Below, piece after piece: positions 59,334 through 64,000 of a stretch of 64,000 bases of DNA. Below the pieces are notes generated by a model that did not search any database, was not told the DNA's origin, and was given only the letters and a program-made list of their open reading frames with translations. Source of the stretch: Candidatus Omnitrophota bacterium. Lineage in GTDB: Bacteria; Omnitrophota; Gorgyraeia; Gygaellales; Profunditerraquicolaceae. The first letter of the stretch is position 1; the number at the start of each line of letters is the position of its first letter. Location of the stretch: NCBI GenBank assembly GCA_049517335.1, contig JBEKSD010000001.1:92776-156775 (forward strand), given 5' to 3'. The position numbers and the translations under genes are program-made.

Positions 59334-59975
59334 ATGACTAGATCTTTGAATAATATTGAACAGAAAATGAAAGATTTGGATATTGGCTCGTTACGGTATC
59401 ATATCCTGGAGAATGCCAAAAATTTTAAGGTCTCTTGGGTAGAGTTAGGCAGATCTTTATACACCGTATGGAAAGAAAAGCTTTATAAGGATTGGGGATA
59501 TAGCACTCTTGACGCTTATGCGGGAAAGGAAATCGGTATCCGCAAGCAGACCGCGATGAAACTGCTTAAGTCTTATTATTTTCTGGAAAAAGAAGAGCCG
59601 CAATATTTAAAGCAGGAGTATATACAAAACGCGCAGGCGTCACGTGTCCCGAGTTATGAATCGGTAGACCTCCTGCGTAAGGCTAAATCCAAAAAAACTC
59701 TTGATACGCAGGATTACGCGGATATTAAAAAAGGGGTGTTTGAGAACGGCAAAGACGCGCAGGAAATCAGGAAGGACCTTACCGCGCTCATCAGGCAGAG
59801 GCAGGAACTTGAACCTGAAGAAGCCTATGAAAGAAAAAGGCTTGCTACGGTGCGCAGGTTCCTGGGGACTTTAAAGGCGCTTAAGAAAGAAGTTGAAATA
59901 GCCAAGCTCTTGCCCGGCCCCCTGATTGAGGAGATAAATGCGTTGGTAAGTAAGCTTGAGGAAGAATTAAGGTAA
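59334..59975 (+). CDS. hypothetical protein with an HTH-like segment
   Basis: No family recognised. LDAYAGKEIGIRKQTAMKLLKS looks like a helix-turn-helix. The C-terminus is a charged helical region. The stop is followed by an AGGTAAAGGA x2 tandem. Confidence 0.4.
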   Translation: MTRSLNNIEQKMKDLDIGSLRYHILENAKNFKVSWVELGRSLYTVWKEKLYKDWGYSTLDAYAGKEIGIRKQTAMKLLKSYYFLEKEEPQYLKQEYIQNAQASRVPSYESVDLLRKAKSKKTLDTQDYADIKKGVFENGKDAQEIRKDLTALIRQRQELEPEEAYERKRLATVRRFLGTLKALKKEVEIAKLLPGPLIEEINALVSKLEEELR

Positions 59976-59997
59976 AGGAAGGTAAAGGAAGATTATG

Positions 59998-60026
59998 TTG
60001 ACTTGTGTTGCAAAGTATCGTATAAT
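59998..60026 (+). promoter_or_regulatory. consensus sigma70 promoter, TTGACT-17nt-TATAAT
   Basis: Hexamers at 59998-60003 and 60021-26. AGGAGG at 60045-50 precedes rpsO. Confidence 0.6.
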
Positions 60027-60050
60027 TATTAAATAAATTGACATAAGGAG

Positions 60051-60329
60051 GTGAAGGAATTGGTTTTGGTAAAGGAAAAGAAATTAAAAATCATCGATGA
60101 TTTTAAGACACACGCTCGGGATACCGGCTCAGCCGAGGTCCAGATCGCCATTTTAACCGAGAGAATTAACATTTTAGGTGATCATTTTAAGCTGCATAAA
60201 AAGGATCACCTTTCTCGCCGCGGGCTGCTTACTCTTGTAGGCAAGCGACGCAGACTCCTCAATTATCTCAAATCCAGGGACGTCAAGAAATACGAAGAAG
60301 TCCTGGGTAAGCTTAATTTGAGAAAGTAA
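60051..60329 (+). CDS. rpsO: 30S ribosomal protein S15
   Basis: [31 protein letters not shown]. The GTG at 60051 directly abuts the RBS, so TTG at 60060 is a more plausibly spaced start. Confidence 0.9.
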   Translation: MKELVLVKEKKLKIIDDFKTHARDTGSAEVQIAILTERINILGDHFKLHKKDHLSRRGLLTLVGKRRRLLNYLKSRDVKKYEEVLGKLNLRK

Positions 60330-60369
60330 AGCCTTTTTGAGGGTTCAATAACATAAGGAAAATTATTTT

Positions 60370-62448
60370 ATGCAAGGAAATAACCTTAAAGCTAAATTCG
60401 GCAGTAATGATTTAATCCTGGAAACCGGCAGAATAGCCAAGCAGGCTAATGGTTCTGTTACTATTTCTTACGGCGGTACCGTAGTGCTTGTTACCGTCTG
60501 TATGTCCCGCGATATTAAGGAAGGCAGGGATTTTTTCCCTTTGACCGTTGAATATCAGGAGAAGACTTACGCAGCCGGAAGGATACCGGGCGGCTTTTTT
60601 AAAAGGGAAGGCAGGCCGTCTGAAAGCGAAATACTTACTGCCCGTTTAATAGACAGGCCGATAAGGCCTTTATTTGCCAAAGGTTTTTTAAATGAGGTTC
60701 AGATAATGGCCATCGTTTTATCCAGCGACGGGGAAAATGACCCGGATATTTTAGCTCTGATTGGAGCGTCCACGGCTTTATCCATATCCGATATACCTTT
60801 TGACGGCCCGTTGGGAGCCTGCCGCGTAGGCAGGGTGGGCAAAGAAATGATTTTGAATCCTACTTACGCTCAGCTTGAGAGTGCTGATTTGGACGTTGTC
60901 ATAGCCGCCAACAAAAAAGGCGTGGTCATGCTTGAGTCGCGCGCTAGGGAAGTCTCGGAAGAAGATTATTTAGCCGCAGTCAAGTTCGGCTATGAAAATA
61001 TTCAAAGCATAATTGTTTTACAGGAAGAATTTACCCGCCGCTTCGGCAAGCCTAAGGCAGAAATCCAGCTCAAAGTTCTGGACCCGCTTTTAGTCCAGAA
61101 AGTTAAAGACCTCGCCGTGACAAGGCTGAAGGCTGTTTATAAGCTGGATAAAAAGGAAGAGCGCGAGGAAGAGATATGTATTTTAGCGAAAGAACTTGAA
61201 GAGAAACTTACGCTGGAAGGATTTTCTGCGGAAGATATTAAAGCCGCGCTTCATGATGTTGAGCAGGAAGAGATCAGGAGTAAGATTCTCAGCGAGGGCG
61301 TGCGCATGGACGGTCGCGGTTTTAAGGATATCCGCCCGATAACCTGCGAAGTTTCCGTGCTTCCGCGCACCCACGGCTCAAGTTTGTTTACCCGCGGCCA
61401 GACCCAGAGTTTAGCCGTCACTACGTTAGGGACAGGGGAAGACGAACAGATGATTGAGGCGCTTGAGGGGCAGAAATACAAATCTTTTATGTTGCATTAT
61501 ACCTTCCCGCCTTTTAGCGTTGGAGAAACAGGACCGGTACGCGGGCCGGGAAGGCGCGAGATTGGGCACGGCGCTTTGGCAGAACGCGCCTTACTGGCGG
61601 TAATGCCGGCGAAAGATAAATTCCCTTACACGGTAAGGGTTGTTTCCGAAATCCTTGAGTCTAACGGTTCCTCAAGTATGGCTTCGGTGTGCGCAGCGAC
61701 ATTATCCTTAATGGACGCGGGCGTACCCATCAAAGACGCGGTCGGCGGAGTCGCGTTGGGGCTTGTTAAAGAAGGAGAGAAGCTGCGCATATTGACCGAT
61801 ATCGCTGGCCTTGAAGACCATTTCGGCGATATGGATTTTAAAGTTGCCGGCACAAGGGTGGGTATTACCGCTGTGCAGCTGGATTTAAAAATTGACGGGA
61901 TAAGTTTAGACCTTCTTAAAGCCTGCCTTGTGCAGTCAAAAGAAGGCAGGATGTTTATCCTAGATAAGATGAATACTGCTTTAACCGCTCCACGGCAGGA
62001 ACTGTCAACTTATGCCCCGCGCATTGAGGTTCTAAAGATTAATACGGAAAAAATCGGTGGGTTAATCGGACCCGGAGGTAAAACCATTAAAGGGATTATT
62101 GCCGCGACCGGCGCCACCATTGATATTCAGGATGACGGCACGGTTTTAGTGGGGTCTACTGACGCGGGAAAATCCGCTGAGGCCATCCGTATGATTAAAG
62201 CGATTACCGAAGATATAGAAGTGGGCCGTATTTATAACGCGAAAGTAAAGCGGATCACTAACTTTGGGGCATTCTGCGAGATTGCGTCCGGTAAAGACGG
62301 ATTGGTCCATGTTTCAGAGCTTTCCGATAAGTACGTCAAGAACGTGGAAGAAGTCCTTAAGGTGGGAGACGAAATCAAGGTAAAAGTAGTCGGTATAGAT
62401 GAGCTTGGCCGTATAAATTTAAGCAAGAAGCAGGCAGAAGCCGTTTAG
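60370..62448 (+). CDS. pnp: polynucleotide phosphorylase
   Basis: Two RNase PH domains, a KH domain ([13 protein letters not shown]), and an S1 domain ([20 protein letters not shown]). Confidence 0.95.
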   Translation: MQGNNLKAKFGSNDLILETGRIAKQANGSVTISYGGTVVLVTVCMSRDIKEGRDFFPLTVEYQEKTYAAGRIPGGFFKREGRPSESEILTARLIDRPIRPLFAKGFLNEVQIMAIVLSSDGENDPDILALIGASTALSISDIPFDGPLGACRVGRVGKEMILNPTYAQLESADLDVVIAANKKGVVMLESRAREVSEEDYLAAVKFGYENIQSIIVLQEEFTRRFGKPKAEIQLKVLDPLLVQKVKDLAVTRLKAVYKLDKKEEREEEICILAKELEEKLTLEGFSAEDIKAALHDVEQEEIRSKILSEGVRMDGRGFKDIRPITCEVSVLPRTHGSSLFTRGQTQSLAVTTLGTGEDEQMIEALEGQKYKSFMLHYTFPPFSVGETGPVRGPGRREIGHGALAERALLAVMPAKDKFPYTVRVVSEILESNGSSSMASVCAATLSLMDAGVPIKDAVGGVALGLVKEGEKLRILTDIAGLEDHFGDMDFKVAGTRVGITAVQLDLKIDGISLDLLKACLVQSKEGRMFILDKMNTALTAPRQELSTYAPRIEVLKINTEKIGGLIGPGGKTIKGIIAATGATIDIQDDGTVLVGSTDAGKSAEAIRMIKAITEDIEVGRIYNAKVKRITNFGAFCEIASGKDGLVHVSELSDKYVKNVEEVLKVGDEIKVKVVGIDELGRINLSKKQAEAV

Positions 62449-62453
62449 TTAAG

Positions 62454-64000
62454 GTGAAAGAAAAGAGATTAAACGAAGTTCGCGGTGTTATCCTCATTGC
62501 CGTCGGGCTCATGGTTTTGGCAAGCCTCGTACGTTTTAGCCGTCTTGATTTGGTATTTTATACATCCCATCCCAACTCTCCGCCCCAGAATCTTTTGGGA
62601 ATATTCGGGGCTTATCTGGGAGGTACAATTATATTCCTGCTCGGGCTGCCCACAAGTTTCCTCTTGCCTGTTTTGATACTTTTATTAGGGGTTAAATATT
62701 TCCGTCAGGACGTGCCTTATTTAAGTGGAACCAGATTCCTGGGAATGTTCATACTGCTTGTTTCCATCGCTTCCCTGATTGGCATGTTTAACCTGAAGAA
62801 CGAATATGTGCGTTTTTACACTTCAGGATTATTTGGTGCTTTTATTTCAAATTTTGTCACCGTCTATTTCAGCCGTTTGGGCAGTTTTATTATTTTCATT
62901 ACTTTCATCATTCTCTCCTTAGCCCTTGTTACGGAAATACTTATTTCCTCCTTATTTATCAATACGATTGATAAGACTAAAGCTGTTTTAGGGGTTTTTT
63001 CCCTGTTCTTTAAAAGAGATAAGAAGGCAAAAGCAACGCAGGTTAAAATTAAACCAATAGCCGGCATTGAGAAAGAAAATCCGCTTGTTTCCGAGCCAAA
63101 AATCAGGGCTGTTCTTCCTAACCCTGCGCTACCGGCACCAAAGCTGAAGATTCAGATAAAGAAACAAGAGGCGTTTGAGCCTAAGGTAAAACAGGAGTTA
63201 AAAATCGGGGATTACCATTTGCCTTCTCTGGAGCTGCTTGATGCGCCTCCGCCCCTTGAAGAGCGCCGGATTAAAGAAGATTTGGAAGCAAACGCGAGGA
63301 TTCTCGAAGAAACTCTGGAAGACTTCGGCATATCTGCTAAGGTTACCGATATTGAGCGCGGCCCGATGATTACTCGTTATGAACTGGAGCCGGCTCCTGG
63401 CGTCAAGCTTAACCGTATCGTTAATTTAGGCGACGATATATCGCTGGCAATGAAGGCGCAGTCAGTCAGGATTATCGCGCCTATTCCCGGAAAAGCCCGG
63501 GTGGGCGTAGAAGTACCGAATACGCAAAGCAGTTTCGTTTATTTAAAAGAAGTGCTTTCTTCTGATGAATTCCGGGCTTCTAAATCAAGTATCCCTCTGG
63601 CTTTAGGTAAAGACATCACCGGTAGGCCGATAGTCGCGGACTTAGATGATATGCCCCATATTTTAATCGCGGGGACCACCGGTTCGGGTAAAACCGTTTG
63701 CGTTAACTCGTTAATACTTTCTTTGCTTTATAAATTACCGCCCAATGAATTAAAATTTGTGATGGTAGATCCAAAGATGGTTGAGCTTATGCCTTTTAAC
63801 GACTTGCCCCATCTTTTATGCCCGGTCATAACCGATGCCAAAAAAGCTTCCGTTGCGCTTAATTGGGTGGTCAACGAAATGGAGGAGCGTTATCAGCTTT
63901 TGGCTAAAGTAGGCGTGCGTAACATTGAAGCTTATAATGAGAAGGCAACAGCGGATAAGCTCCCTTATATTGTAGTCGTTATTGATGAATTTGCGGACCT
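62454..64000 (+). CDS. ftsK: DNA translocase FtsK, N-terminal part (runs off the window; absent from the ORF track)
   Basis: GTG at 62454 follows AAGG. The open frame reaches the window end with no stop. It encodes four TM segments, a Pro/Lys linker, then Walker A IAGTTGSGKTVCVNS and the VVVIDEFAD Walker B of the FtsK motor. Confidence 0.85.
   Translation, partial: MKEKRLNEVRGVILIAVGLMVLASLVRFSRLDLVFYTSHPNSPPQNLLGIFGAYLGGTIIFLLGLPTSFLLPVLILLLGVKYFRQDVPYLSGTRFLGMFILLVSIASLIGMFNLKNEYVRFYTSGLFGAFISNFVTVYFSRLGSFIIFITFIILSLALVTEILISSLFINTIDKTKAVLGVFSLFFKRDKKAKATQVKIKPIAGIEKENPLVSEPKIRAVLPNPALPAPKLKIQIKKQEAFEPKVKQELKIGDYHLPSLELLDAPPPLEERRIKEDLEANARILEETLEDFGISAKVTDIERGPMITRYELEPAPGVKLNRIVNLGDDISLAMKAQSVRIIAPIPGKARVGVEVPNTQSSFVYLKEVLSSDEFRASKSSIPLALGKDITGRPIVADLDDMPHILIAGTTGSGKTVCVNSLILSLLYKLPPNELKFVMVDPKMVELMPFNDLPHLLCPVITDAKKASVALNWVVNEMEERYQLLAKVGVRNIEAYNEKATADKLPYIVVVIDEFAD

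Noticed and set aside
59971-59991. AGGTAAAGGA x2 tandem at the end of the 59334 gene
   Set aside because: It has only two units and spans the stop codon. It is most likely incidental, so it is noted only in the feature evidence.
62485-62676. 63-aa ORF after pnp
   Set aside because: It lies inside, and out of frame with, the long open ftsK frame that starts at GTG 62454.
1-64000. CRISPR arrays, transposases, integrases and rRNA
   Set aside because: There are no regularly spaced identical repeats, no DDE or tyrosine/serine recombinase-like ORFs, and no rRNA-like GC-rich multi-kb non-coding stretch.

Overview
This window looks like a moderately low-GC bacterial chromosome segment, probably from an uncultured lineage. 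Gene packing is very tight and almost everything is on the + strand: about 70 genes on + against a single gene on - (rpmB). Most of the content is recognisable housekeeping. Recognisable content in order: purA (3' part), an OmpA-like lipoprotein, a DUF4912 + GH57 glycogen pair, uppS-cdsA-dxr-rseP-ispG, a CpaF-like ATPase, proS, rimP-nusA-infB, trpS, scpA, ruvB, queH, spoIID-like, queA-tgt, trmD-rplS, rnhB, fchA-like + folD, metF + acsB, polA, glgA, coaE, rho, rpmE, prfA-prmC, murA, trpGDCFBA, an M16 peptidase, a CNNM-like protein, rsfS, argS, recJ, a UvrD-nuclease fusion, a deaminase, speH-like, two aldolases, rpsO-pnp and ftsK (5' part). I found no rRNA, tRNA, CRISPR array, transposase or integrase. 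The one clearly non-housekeeping patch is at 25.6-26.9 kb. It contains a GC-rich non-coding block, a roughly 0.5 kb AT-rich islet bounded by 22-bp imperfect direct repeats that carries a frameshifted PIN-like gene, a pair of palindromic operator-like sites, and an orphan prepilin-like ORF. Other points worth a second look: an orphan tad/CpaF-type secretion ATPase wedged between ispG and proS; a metF-acsB pair with intact A-cluster cysteine motifs but no CODH or corrinoid partners in the window; a 57-aa ORF translationally coupled between a helicase-nuclease and a deaminase; two small ORFs below the ORF-track size cutoff (a DUF5679-like zinc ribbon, and the ftsK 5' region that starts with GTG); and several near-consensus sigma70 promoters.
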